Source of the DNA: Octopus vulgaris
Lineage: Eukaryota
Direction: 5' to 3'
Assembly (NCBI GenBank): GCA_951406725.2
Contig: OX597823.1
Coordinates: 85,436,001 to 85,500,000 of the forward strand
DNA: 64,000 nt
Positions 27,834 through 42,229 of the stretch are shown here, in pieces. Position 1 is the stretch's first letter. Each line of letters opens with the position of its first letter. The translations under genes were made by a program, and so were the position numbers. A model generated the notes under the pieces. It was not told the origin of the DNA and searched no databases. It saw only the letters and a program-made list of their open reading frames with translations.

Positions 27834-28059
27834 AGTTTTACCGAATATGGTCCTTTTCCATACCGAAATACTACTAGGTGAAATTTTTTGATTTTATTAA
27901 ATTAATTATCTTTCACCCTATATCTGTAATGAGTATATATATATGTGTGTGTGTGTCTGTATATCTCCCACACACACACACCGTTTTATTGATACGCCTC
28001 GCTGACCTTGCCTTTCATTTCTCTGTGTAGAACGTCATCCATCTTCAAAATCCCTTAAT

Positions 28060-28430
28060 ATCTATACCCACTACCGTCGGTTTCACCCATGGCCTCTTCT
28101 GATGGTAACCGCAATCCTCTAACGGAGTTTTTAGTCCGTCTATCTATAGTTTGTGCGGTGGAGCCAGACCGTCCCCCCGGGATTGAGTTTAGAGATGTGT
28201 CTTTTAAGCTTACTGTTTGCTATGAAATTGATTTGCTGGGAGGAGCCGCTGGCTGCTTAGCGCCTGGTTATAGAATGTAGTGTGGTTATTGAAGATTTCA
28301 TCCGTGGTTGAGAGAACCGATATCCAGATAGATATGCCTTTGATTAAACTATCGAAGGTAGATTTATGGTAATTAGAGTTTGTACTAATGTACCTGAGGT
28401 ATTGATTAGGTTTATGATAAGGAGATTATA
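28060..28430 (-). mobile_element. Penelope-like element remnant (RT thumb region and hammerhead-like motif)
   Basis: Minus-strand translation SPYHKPNQYLRYISTNSNYHKSTFDSLIKGISIWISVLSTTDEIFNNHTTFYNQAL resembles the PLE thumb (PY.KPN...SNHP...RIS.LSS..EIF). Confidence 0.65.
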
Positions 28431-28519
28431 GCGAAGACGGTAGGGGGTGTAGTATAGTAGAGGTTGTAGTATATGTATAAGCATCTGTCTTTGTGTGTGT
28501 GTGTGTGTGTGTGTAGTAG

Positions 28520-28785
28520 TAGTAGTAGTTCTTGTTGTAGGGGCACTGGCAGATTTAACAGGAACGTTTAAGAAATTCGCTAGAGAAATGAGGCTTCACA
28601 TGGGAGTGGAACATGCTTAGGAAACCTCTACATTGGCGACAACGAGGATTTTGAAAATCTTACTTGCGATGTTGAGTGTCGTGGAAGAAGTCTCCCTGAG
28701 ACCCTTGGGGATAGGTTCTTGTCCGATCTTACAGAAGTAACCAGAGCAAGTGAAATCGATGTGAACTGACAATAAGAATAATCAA
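28520..28785 (+). mobile_element. R4/Dong-like LINE 3' end remnant
   Basis: VVLVVGALADL...TLATTRILKILL resembles the GALG...GTARILRKVL terminus; followed by a short UTR and an AAT-type tail. Confidence 0.55.
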
Positions 28786-29178
28786 GGCCCGAAATTTTTA
28801 GGGAGGGAGCCAGTCGATTAGATCGACTCCAGTATGCAACTGGTATTTAATTTTATCGACCCCGAAAGGATGAAATGGAAAGAAGAAGAAGAAGAAGAAG
28901 AAGAAGAAGAAGAAGAAGAAGAAGAAGAAGACGACGTATAATAAATTATAGGGAAATACTACTGGTGAGAAATTGATATTTTTCTCGTTTCTTATTTCAG
29001 AGGAAATGGGAATGTTAGCCTTAAAATTAACAATGATTTCAAATTTTTGCCACGAAGGCAGCTTGGGAGACGGGATTAAGTCGATTACATCGACCCCAGT
29101 GCGTGGCTGGTAATTAATTTATCGATCCCGAAAGGATGAAAGGCAAAGTCAATCTCGTCGAATTTCAACTCAGAACGG
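28785..29178 (-). mobile_element. Two partial SINE-A (tail B) copies with an intervening (GAA)n
   Basis: Cores at ~28855 and ~29120 (ATCGACCCCGAAAGGATGAAA / ATCGATCCCGAAAGGATGAAAGGC). Confidence 0.75.
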
Positions 29179-29804
29179 TGGGTGGAACTTTGAGGCATTG
29201 TTTCTACTCCCTACACACATTTCACGAGTTGCTTCGTCGGCTCTAACAGCTCGATTAAATCCAAAAAGCAAATGGTGTCAAAAATGCTCACTTATGTCCA
29301 CTTGGCATTCCATTTTGATGATCTGAAAATACACAAAAATCAACAAAATTAAAAAGCAAAATATACTGAATTGTAGTGAAAATTTTTTAAATGACATAAA
29401 ACATTTTGCCAAGGCATTTAATTTCTGCTTGCATTTTTAAATTTGAAGAAAAGGCCATGATATAGTCCTATACACACACACATATATATACATACACACA
29501 TCCATGCAATCATGCATAAACACAAATATATATATATTGAATTTCGGGACGATCAGTTTTTTTGCCAAGTAAACATACGCACTATATATTTGTTCTTCAC
29601 TGATTTATTATTCTTTTATTTTGTAAAATTACTTCTTATGTTATGATTACGGTATTATATAATGATGCAAAGTTCCCATTCTTCTATTAAAAATTACATA
29701 AGGAACAACTGTAAAAAGCTGGTAATTATCCATCGTATGTTATTATATATTTGATAAACATACATTTACACACATATGTATATATATATTTATATATACA
29801 TATG

Positions 29805-29849
<45 letters not shown>

Positions 29850-29900
29850 GTAAATGAACATGTGCATATAGACACACACACACATATGTATGTGTATATG

Positions 29901-29957
<57 letters not shown>

Positions 29958-30059
29958 GTGTGTGTGTAATATATGGTATAATTGTTAAGAGGGCAAATTT
30001 TAGCCACATTTCTCCGCAGACTGAAAAAAGAATGAACAACCTTAATCGATTTTCGAACC

Positions 30060-30355
30060 TTATCAGAGACGTTCACTTCTGCGCCAGGGCGTCGGCTGCG
30101 GAGTCATTCCGAAAAGCTCTGTCTGCGACGGTTTCATCTCGGACGAAGGAGAGGGGTTTTCCCCGTCCGGGTTGCAGATCCGTGGAATGGGCTGCCGGAC
30201 GAGATGGTGAAGATGCCGACGACCGCTCAGTTCAAAGTCTCTCTTGACCTCAAGTGGCCTGAACTATTTACATGAACACCACCCTGTACATAACTCCATA
30301 TCCCCCTACATGGCCTTGGTTTTTGCTTTTTGAGCCAAAAAATTAACTAACTAAC

Positions 30356-30360
<5 letters not shown>
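30060..30360 (+). mobile_element. CR1-like LINE 3' end with (CTAA)n tail
   Basis: RLRSHSEKL...VFPVRVADPWNGLPDEMV...QFKVSLD matches the CR1 C-terminus (RGH..KL...RV...WN.LP...FK..LD); ends in AACTAACTAACTAAC. Confidence 0.75.
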
Positions 30361-30425
<65 letters not shown>

Positions 30426-30553
30426 TTATATATATACATATATATATATATATACATACATACATACATACATACATACATAGATACATACATATATATA
30501 TACACATATATATATATATTCATATATATATATTTATATATATTTATACATAT

Positions 30554-30592
<39 letters not shown>

Positions 30593-30625
30593 CATGTGTG
30601 TGTATGTGTATATATGTATATATAC

Positions 30626-30631
30626 GTCCAC

Positions 30632-30669
<38 letters not shown>

Positions 30670-30791
30670 GTGGACAAGAACCACACCAACAACTACTCGG
30701 GCTTTGTGAGTTTTGGTCGAATGAACGTATATTTGTATGCATATGTATGTTTATGTGCACACATATACATATATACATATTTGCAAGCATA

Positions 30792-30835
<44 letters not shown>

Positions 30836-30962
30836 TATATGCTTGCAAATATGTATATATGTATATGTATATGTGTGCACATATACATACATATGCATAC
30901 AAATATACGTTCATTCGACCAAAACTCACAAAGCCCGAGTAGTTGTTGGTGTGGTTCTTGTC
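30626..30962. repeat. Nested palindromes centred on (TA)n tracts
   Basis: 30673-30962 is a near-perfect ~290-bp palindrome; 30626-30675 is a second, small one (GTCCACG(TA)nCGTGGAC). Confidence 0.93.
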
Positions 30963-31470
30963 AAAGTGATGTACGTCTTCGGTTGTCATTATTTTAAGTA
31001 GGAAAAACTTGTACAAAACAAAATGAAAACTAAGTTATCCTAGGTCCCATGGCTTCTAAGCTGTTTAACGCGCTACAAGTATATGCTTGCAACGAGAAAG
31101 TGAATGCTCACGAACGGCCATCAAATATATGGAAGAGAGGGCAATTAGTTCTCAGTACGTAAAAGTGTAAGATATAGTCAATACACGTCAATACAAAGTT
31201 AATGGCACAGTAAATATTTTATTGAGGGAAGTTGATCACGGTCCAGTACCTTACATTAACAAACGATTCGTTACGGTTAAGAATAAGTTTCCTTCTCCCA
31301 AAGAAACCAAGTGTTATTCCGCTGGAACATCATATGCAGTGAGAGGCCCCGCTGTGCTAACTACTACCACTACACCAAAAGTCCATAACAATTTTAATCG
31401 TCAAAGAAAAATGACTTAGTATACAGAGCTATATACATATACGTACATATATATATATATATATCCATAC

Positions 31471-31502
<32 letters not shown>

Positions 31503-31506
31503 CATA

Positions 31507-31547
<41 letters not shown>

Positions 31548-31559
31548 ATATATAGTAGA

Positions 31560-34500
31560 AGTAACAGAAAAGAGGAATTTCGGTTGACCCCACGTGGTAG
31601 ATTGTAATGTATATAAGAAAAATAAAAATAAAAACGGAAAATACGTACACTTACATGGTTATAGTATAATTTTTAATGTATCGACCGGTTTCGCAATCAC
31701 TATTCATGATACAATGTTTAATTTATATGAAAATATGTTTTCTTAAGAAGAAAATGGGTCCATGTTGTTTATAATGAGATTCACGAGTGAATGATTTTAC
31801 AAGTTGACATGTAAAGGGAGGTAATTGGTTGTTATTATTGTTATTGTTGTCTGTGAGGGAGATAACTGATTAGGTTTTGGGTGGGGAAAATATGTGTACA
31901 GAAAGGAGATAGGTTTAAAAAAAGGGGGCCTTGTTTAGTAGGGGATTTATGTACAGTGATGCAATATGTAAAAATATAAAAATATAAAAATTGGTTACGC
32001 GTGCTTATTCAGACGCGTTTTGTATTTTTCAATGAAAAAAGTTTCTTTATTTAAGCGTTCTAGTTGAGAGATTGTCTTTGCACTGGTAGAAAGGGAAGAC
32101 GGTAAAATTTGGTTTGATGTTACCTGCACATTTTTCTATGTGTTCACTAAGAGGGATTTGTCTGTATTGCGGGAAACGGATTTGCTCCTTATGCAGAGTA
32201 ATTCTCTTTCTCAAAATTAAACTTGTTTGTCCAATGTACTGATGACTGCAACCCGAGCAGGTTATTACATAAATTAGGTTCTCAGAGGCATAGGTGAAAC
32301 TAGTTTTAATTGTGAACCTCTGTCCTTGTTTGAAAAGGAAGTCCGAGCCTTCAAGCAGGTGGGGGCAGGTTCCATAGTTCGGGCGTCCACATTTTTAACC
32401 GTTGGTTTCGTGGTTGTTTTGTAAAGCTTCGCATTTGTTTGTAGTCTCTTTAGCGATTTGTCTTGTATTTTGCATTTGATGAGTTTGTGTGTTTTCAGGA
32501 TGTCGTTCATTTTTGGATCTCTAGTTAGTAAAGGGAGAGTTTGCACAATAGTGTTGAATGCCTCACTGTTTAAGGGGTTGTGTGTTGATATAAAAATAAT
32601 GTTTTGGTTTGAGGTGTGGTGCTATGTTTTTTTGTTCTTAGTGTTTTTGTGTCTAATTGTTTGGCACGTTTAATTCCCTCGTCGATAAGAGAGGGTGGAT
32701 ATTGTCTTTCAATAAGTGTTGTTTTGAGGTCTTGAAGACTAAGGTCCCGAGTTGTTCTATCAGACACTATTGTGCAGATCCTTTTTGCTAAGTTAAAAGG
32801 GATGTTTATTTTTATGTGTTTCGGGTGGCATGAGTTAAAAAGAAGATATTGTTTTGCGTCAGTTGGTTTATAATAAATGTCAGTTATGATTTCATTGTTG
32901 ACTTTTTTTATCATGATGTCTAAAAAAGGAAGTTGTTCTTTATTATATTCCATTGTGAATTGAATGTTACTATTTATGTCATTTAGTGTTGTTTTGAATT
33001 CCAAAAGCTTGACGATGTTCTCCTTCCAGATGATAAAACAGTCATCCAATTTTCTCTTATGTAGAGGTAAAATGGGTAACCATATTTCTGAAGTGATACT
33101 TCATATAATGTGAATTCAAAATAGCCCATTATTAGATTCGCAAGAACAGGAGCTGCTTTCGTCCCCATCGCAATTCCGCATTTCTGACGATTGTATGTGT
33201 CATCAAACAGGCAATAATTGTTCTGAAGTATAAATTTTAAGGATTCAATAATAAAGTTCTGGTTTATGCGTTCCGGGAGGACTTCGGGGTACTTTTCCAA
33301 ACAGAATTTAATTGCTTTCATTCCATTGTCATGGGGGATGCTGGTGTAAAGATTGATAACATCGAAGGTGACCAATACTGCTTCTTCATTAATCGTTTTT
33401 GGTAGGTGTTCTAACATGTCTAAATCATCCCTAATAAAGCTTTTGATGTATTTCAGGAAGGGTTTCAGTAGGATGTCTAGAAAATTGCTCAGTCGGTGGG
33501 TTTCACAGGCTGGTCCAGCTACAATGGGTCTTAAAGTCAAGTCTTCTGGCGTTTGGATGTTTATATATTTGCCTGGTGATTGTTTGCATGCTTCATTGAT
33601 TATCTTGCTCTTGTGTATTTTAGGGAGGCCATAAAAAAGATTGGGTTTACATTTGAAGTTCGTGATGTAGTCTGTTTCTTTTTCTGTTAGGCCTTTTCCA
33701 TGTAGAAGAATTAAGGATACAATATTTTTCATGGTTTTTTGTTGTTTATAGTTTATAATTTTTTCGTAGAAGGCCTAATATGGAATGTACTAGTTTTTTA
33801 TAGTGTTCTGTGTCCATCAAAACTACAGCACTTCCTTTGTCAGCTTCTTTAATTGTCAGGTCTGTGTCGTTTTTTAGTTCAGTCAGATTTTTCCATTCTA
33901 GATTGTTGAGGTTAGGATTAATTTTTCGTTTAATGGATGTGTAGGGGAAATTTTGGATATGGTTGCAGTAGTCATCCAGTGTTTTATTCCTACCCTTATG
34001 TGGGAGGTAATTACTTCTGTTTTTGACTAGTGATTCATCTTCGTTGTCGTAGTCAGTTAGTGCTTCTGCGAGTCGTAGTTTTCTGCAGAATTCCGAAATA
34101 TTGTCTTTAATTTCATTATGGTTAGCTCTTCGTGGGGTTGGGGTGAACTTTAAACCTTTGGCTAGTATATTGATTTTTGCTATGGATAGAGTTTTCTTTG
34201 ATAAGTTAATGACTTTGGGTTTCTCCTGTACGTTTTGTTCCAACGTGTGTTCCTGTTTCTCTTCACTTGGTCTAAAAAATGTTGATTGAGTTTCGGTTGG
34301 TAGAATTTATTATTTGAGATATTATTGTTATTAATTAAATCAGTATTATTAGTACTTATTATATTCGGGTAGCTGGGGGTTGGTGTTGTTGCCTGGGTAA
34401 ACTTGTTGGGGGCACGTGGTTAGGATTTCTTCGTTGGGGTGTTTAATTATGTTGTTTCTTCGTTGAAGGGTAAAAGGGGTCTCTTGTATATTTCTAGATG

Positions 34501-34888
34501 CTGGGTAGAAAAAATTATCACTCCTTACTCTAGGCTGGTTTCTTCTAGTGTTTCTAATAGATGGGTAGTTCCTGTTATTAGATAGAGAATTGCTTACTTC
34601 TAAGCGCTGGGTTACTTTACTGTGTTTGTACTCTTTTGGATTTTGATTGTTTGATCTAGGTGGATGTGTATTTATTTTTGTATATGCATTTGTTCTAGAT
34701 TTTTTATGAAGGGGTTATCTGAAGTGTAGTCTCTTTTAAATGCAGCTTCATAATTAAGGAATAAGTTAATACTGTTTTCCCATCGTTGCAGGGAGTTTAT
34801 TTCTTCCGTCTCACAGCTGTCGTTCCATAATTTTAAAATACTTTCCAAAAGTTGTCCCTCAGCATGTTTGGTGAGTTCGGAGTGAAAA
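31560..34888 (-). mobile_element. Penelope-like element, probably Neptune clade (RT plus GIY-YIG), frameshifted
   Basis: VINLS, LAKGLKFTPTP, IKEADKGSAVV, FYGLPKIHK, LRPIV, FDVINLYTSIP, GIAMGTKAAP, MDDCFIIW, LPFLDI, YYKPT...SCHP; linker KCGRPNYGTCP (a degenerate C-x4-C-x2-C); GIY-YIG NLIYVITCSGCSHQYIGQT at ~32225-32290. Confidence 0.92.
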
Positions 34889-36443
34889 TTGTTTTGGAAG
34901 TGCTTGGAATATTGATAACAAGAGTATCTTCAATGGCTCTAGAGATTGGGAGATTGCAGGGAAGTTAACCTTTCCACCACCGCAACAAGGCGCAGGTGTC
35001 TCTCCATTCCACTTCCTTGTTTTACAATGTATGCACTCAGTTGTCATTGCACCAGTAGAAATTCTAGTGCCATCTGCATAATGAACGGCTGGATCATAAT
35101 TGAAAGCTGCTTCATAGAAGTTGCTTCTCTGAGCTGTTTCAACTGCTCTTCGTTCTGCAGTGGAGACCCAATTCCTTGTCAGCCATGCATACCTCTCTTC
35201 ATCACTTTGAGATGCTCTGGCTTTTGTAGTGCACAGACTGTTCGTTTCTTGGTATGCTTCCCTTTCTGCAGCTGTCTCTCTTTCCCAGGACAAAGACATT
35301 TTTTGGCTGACCTTGACAGTGTAGACATATTTGACACTTTTCTTCTAGGCATGGTTATATACGTATACAGAAATACGCGGGTGCAGAAGATAGTAAACAA
35401 TGAAAGCAACCGGACAACGGAAATTAGATTTCTTAATACGACGGGCAGAAAGTAAATAAGAAATTTTTAGGGAAATAAAGAATTGTGCAGATTGAAGCGA
35501 AATTTGTCACTTAGTGAACCAAAGAACCAGTATCGAAGGAACCAGAAAATAGCCATTAACAACAGAAATAACACAAAACTATTGCAAATGTAAATAAGAA
35601 ATTTTTAAGGTAATCTATTAAGTGTACCTATTTAAGCGAAACTTCTAAAGTTACTTCTGTCTGTAAATTATGAACTTACTTTTATCAGTAATTCCGTCAA
35701 CAAGAAAAAAACACAAAACTTTGCAGAAGTAAATAAGAAATTTGTAGACAAATTTAACGAAGTGTACGGATTGAAGTGAAATTTATGAAGTCACTTCTGT
35801 ATTTGTGAATTTTTTCTGTCAATAATTTGTCGGTGTTGTTTGTAAATAGCGATTGAAAACTTACATTAAAACAATAGCAATTTCACTTAAAGTGAAAACA
35901 ATAGCGTCTGAAAAATGAAAGTGAAAACAATAGAGTGTGAGTGATATATAGGGATTGGGGGAGAGAGAGAGCTAGCTAGTTAAACAAATAAGATAGATGT
36001 AGATAGACATATAATATATAGACAGATAGATACAGAGAAATACATATAGAAATATAGGTGCAGTGAGAGATATAAAGAGATAGAGATTGTTAGAGAGATA
36101 CAGATAGATAGAGAGAGATGAATGGAGAGATATAGATAGAGAAATATAGACATCACTGACGCAGGAAAACCGGAATCTTTTTCAAGTGCGTGAATCTAAT
36201 ATAAAAAGCAAATTATTTTTTTTTATTACCAGTAAGGGAGACAATCAATTTCTGAATGTTACTTCGCAAAGAGCTACCTCCCTTCTAAACGTAACACAAG
36301 AACGGGTGTTTTCTGCTCCCAGCCGCCCGTTACTCATTATGTTCCATCCCTGGAATATAAGTAATCTATGTTCCCATTTCGGAGAAAATTAGTTGAATAT
36401 TTCTGCCGTTATAGTCTTTTACACACACAGACAGAACGGGATG

Positions 36444-36460
<17 letters not shown>
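34888..36460 (-). mobile_element. Helitron 5' fragment (RepHel N-terminus pseudogene plus 5' non-coding region)
   Basis: ATG at 35352 (MPRRK...); AAFNYDP...CIHCKTRKWNGET...CCGGGKVNFP...EPLKILL...SKHFQNN is the Cys-rich RepHel N-terminal motif. The region near 36400-36460 resembles the 5' end of the 50302-50689 Helitron. The 5' boundary is approximate. Confidence 0.8.
35450..35830. repeat. Three ~138-bp diverged tandem units inside the Helitron
   Basis: GTAAATAAGAAATTT recurs near 35452, 35590 and 35729, each followed by a TGT..AT(T)GAAG(C/T)GAAA-like motif. Confidence 0.75.
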
Positions 36461-36528
<68 letters not shown>

Positions 36529-36739
36529 AGTCTGTCGGTCAGGATAAATGGAATTCTTTGAAATATCGAGCCTGCGCTGTTTTACAGAAAGGAGATAAAA
36601 CACAAACAAATGCGAACACACACACACATACACACGCACACACACACACACACAAACACACACACAAATACACACACACAAATAAATATATATCTTTCTA
36701 TCTCCGTTTCCTTTGTTCTATGTCCTGTTTTTGTTACAA

Positions 36740-36974
36740 ACTTTGACCCTCCGCAAATCACAAATTTTATTTTGATTCGCGGGAGCTACTGCCTTGAAAG
36801 TCTCATATTGTCGCTTATTGCTCGAAATATGGAGTAAAAGGACAGCCGACAACTGATGAAGGGTCGTTGTTTTATGTTACTTGTCCTCGTATTCCATTTC
36901 TTTCTCTCGTTCCTTACGTACCAATGTTATTTTTGTATTTCATGTTGTCTACGTTTTATGACGTCCTGTACCCA

Positions 36975-36975
<1 letters not shown>
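36740..36975 (+). repeat. Second copy of the 12130-12425 interspersed repeat
   Basis: GCTCGAAATATGGAG...GACAGCCGACAACTGATGAAGGGTCGTTG. Confidence 0.7.
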
Positions 36976-39085
<2,110 letters not shown>

Positions 39086-39087
39086 TG

Positions 39088-39318
39088 TATGGATTGGCCG
39101 CCAGTCCATCGCAGCGTTACTGAAGAAAGAGGAAGAAAGAGTGAGAGAAAGTTGTGGCGAAAGAGTACAACAGGGGTCGCCAACAGCCCCTGCTGGAGCT
39201 TCGTGGAGCTTTAGGTGCTTTCGCCCAATAAACACACTCAACGTCTGGTCTGGGAATCGAAACCGCGATCCTCCGACCGCGAGTTCGCTGCCCTAGCCTC
39301 TGGGTCATTGCGCCTCCA
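39088..39318 (-). mobile_element. SINE-C copy (tail type 3, truncated)
   Basis: Reverse complement of the SINE-C head (GGAGGCGCAATGACCCAGAGGCTAGGGCAGCG...GGTTTCGATTCCCAGACC); tail GTAACGCTGCGATGGACTGGCGGCC. Confidence 0.85.
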
Positions 39319-39539
39319 CTGTCTTATTATTAATTTAGTTTAAATATCATTTCTCTGAAACAATGATCAGAGTGGTTAAACCCCAGATTAACTCTAAAAC
39401 GCAAGAAAAAAAGCACGATTAATGGAGCAATTAATCTTTTGTTATGTGAAAAACTATAGTTTCTAAAATCTCTTTCTGTCTTAAAGTCACCGATATAATT
39501 TAAGAGAGATTGTTTTGCTATTTATGCAATCATAAATGT

Positions 39540-40035
39540 AGATGTATCGTCAAATCATACAACGTAACTTGAGTGGGATATCAACCACAAAACTTGTCAT
39601 TTGCTTGTATGTATTAGTAAAGTCATCAAATAAATCCCTCATAACTTTTATTGCGTAAGATTTTACTGCTCTTTCCAGCATATTAAACAACCACGTAGCA
39701 TGCATGATTCTGAAGTAATGATTCTTATTGCTGAAGTAACAAAACTTTAAACATGATTTGAATCAACAATGAAGACTAGTTACTTGCATGTATGTATTAG
39801 AAAAAGTATATGAAATAGATGTTTTATAACTTCCGTCGAGAAAGATTTTACTTCTATTTTCAGCAAATAAAACAACCACGTAACATATTTAATTTCTAAG
39901 TAATTGTAAGTGCAGTTGGATCAACAAAATTTAAAACCTGACTTGAGCGGAGAGTCAACAATAACATGTTGTCATTTGTTTGTATGTAGAAGTAAAAAAT
40001 ATAAAACAGAAAATAGATCTGTCATGGCTTCCGCT
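39540..40035. repeat. Diverged ~185-bp tandem repeat (about 2.5 units)
   Basis: AAGATTTTACT at ~39657 and ~39842; AAACAACCACGTA at ~39685 and ~39869; TGTATGTA..AG at ~39606, ~39788 and ~39981. Confidence 0.75.
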
Positions 40036-40994
40036 CTTGTGTTTTATTTCTCTGCTTATATCTTATTTTCTTTCTTTTGATCTTCACAATTATTACATAT
40101 GGTTATATTAACACACTGACTTAATGAAACTCAGGTTCTCAGTGCATGAAAAATACAATAACAGAATAAAAAAGAGAAATTATAGGGGATGGTTCTGGAC
40201 AAAAGAACAAAAAGGTCTAGCGATAATAAAAAAGCAAAAATACTAACAAGATATATCTAAATAAATAGGAAAAAAAGCACACATGAAAAAACAAGACAAA
40301 ACAAATTACATTTAAACTTGATTATTTGTTTTGATGAAAGAAGCTACGCCAGGTGAGCAATAAGGAAACAATGAACTCGTTCAAGTGTAACCTTTATAGA
40401 TTCGGCAGTTGCTTTATCCTCGACTGACGAGTCTATACTCGTCTCTCCATTGTATTGTGTTCATGCTCGTAGCCATTAGAAACGTTTCAGCTACCGTAGG
40501 CACTATGTGTATGTGTGTGTTTGTGTATGTGTATCTGTGTGTGTATATGTGTGTGTGCGCGTGGGTGCATGTATAAATGTACACATGCATATATATAGAT
40601 ATTTATATGTCTGAGTGTATGTGACTGTGTTTATGTATGTACGCATATATTTGAAAATACATGCATTTATAATAATATAAATATACCTATAAATATATGT
40701 GTGTGTATATATAATGTATGTATAATATACATATATATGCACGCATGCGTATATGTATATATATGTGTGTGTGTATGTATATATGCGTATATGTATGTAT
40801 ATATATATGCATATATATATACATATGTATATGTCTATATGAGTCTGTGTGTGTGTGAGTGTGTGTATGTGTGAGTATGCTGCTAGATATGCAAGTGTAC
40901 GCCTGTGTGTTAGACATCATAATATTTTGTACCCATTTTCCGTGTATTTCTTGTTATTCATTTTCAGTTTCTTAAACACGTAACAGCTTCTATA

Positions 40995-41137
40995 TATCAT
41001 CATCATCATTATCATCATTATTATCATCATTATTATCATCATCATCATCATCACCACCGTCAGAATCCTCATCCTCATCATCATCATTATTATGATCAAC
41101 ATCGTCATTATACACATATACTCATCGCGAACGTCAA

Positions 41138-41176
<39 letters not shown>

Positions 41177-41355
41177 CACCATCATCATCACCACCACCAT
41201 CATCAGCTTCATCATCATCACACTCCTCTCCTCCTTCTCCCCTCCTCAACCACCTTTGACTCCATTTCCTTCCTCTCCTCCTCCCCCTTCCGCTCTTCTT
41301 CTCCTCTTGCCTCTTTTCAGCCATTTTCTCATTTTCCCCCTCATCATTATTCTCA
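40995..41355. repeat. (CAT)n/(CCT)n trinucleotide island
   Basis: Directly visible. Confidence 0.9.
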
Positions 41356-42229
41356 CTCTGTTTTTGCCTTTCATCCATATTCGGGGATTGATAAAATAAC
41401 TTCTAGTTGCAAACTGGGGTTGATGTACCCGCAATTCCCCCCCCCTTCACCGCACCTATAATTACTGTGAGCCTTTTGATGGCAGAATCGCTAGCATGAC
41501 AGACAAAATGTCCACGGTATTTCTCCAGTTTTTTTATGTCCTATCTTCAAATTCCAATGAAACCAGCTTTGCCTTTCATCGTCTGATTAATGAAATAATC
41601 ACCACTTGAATAATGACGTCGACACAATCAACCAGCCTCCATCTCCAAAATTTCATGCTTTATGCCTATTGCAGAAAGGATTATTATTATTGTTTGTCGC
41701 CACTTCAACATGGCTGTTCTTTACGAACCACGTTACTACCATCTTTAACCCCCAAAAGAAACCTCTTCTAGCTGGTTTTCGATCAGAGGAGCTATCCCGT
41801 GCTGTCTTCTAGCGACTTGACAGAACCCAGCAGACCGTCCGATTTCATGCTACATTGACCCAGCCTTTGTACTACATTGCTGTACACCACTCTGCTAGAA
41901 ACAGCAGTAGTCCGAACCATCTCGCAATATACAGAAAAATAAATGACAATCAGTTACTGGTCTTGCAACGAGCGAAGTAGCAAGTTAGAAAATCTCTAAG
42001 AGATACTTGGCTGGTCTGTAGAAGAAATCCACGTCACAAACACACAAGATTCTAACCTCAACTGGAAATCTATACTAACATAGTGATATCGACAGGCTCT
42101 AGCTAAGAAGAGATAAAAGGAAGTAGGGACCTCAGATCAGTGCAGATATCCTTCGAATGTAGTATAGTCTCTCTCAGACAACACTTGTTAAACAACCTGA
42201 ATACCAAAAATGACCATGGATCTCCAAAA

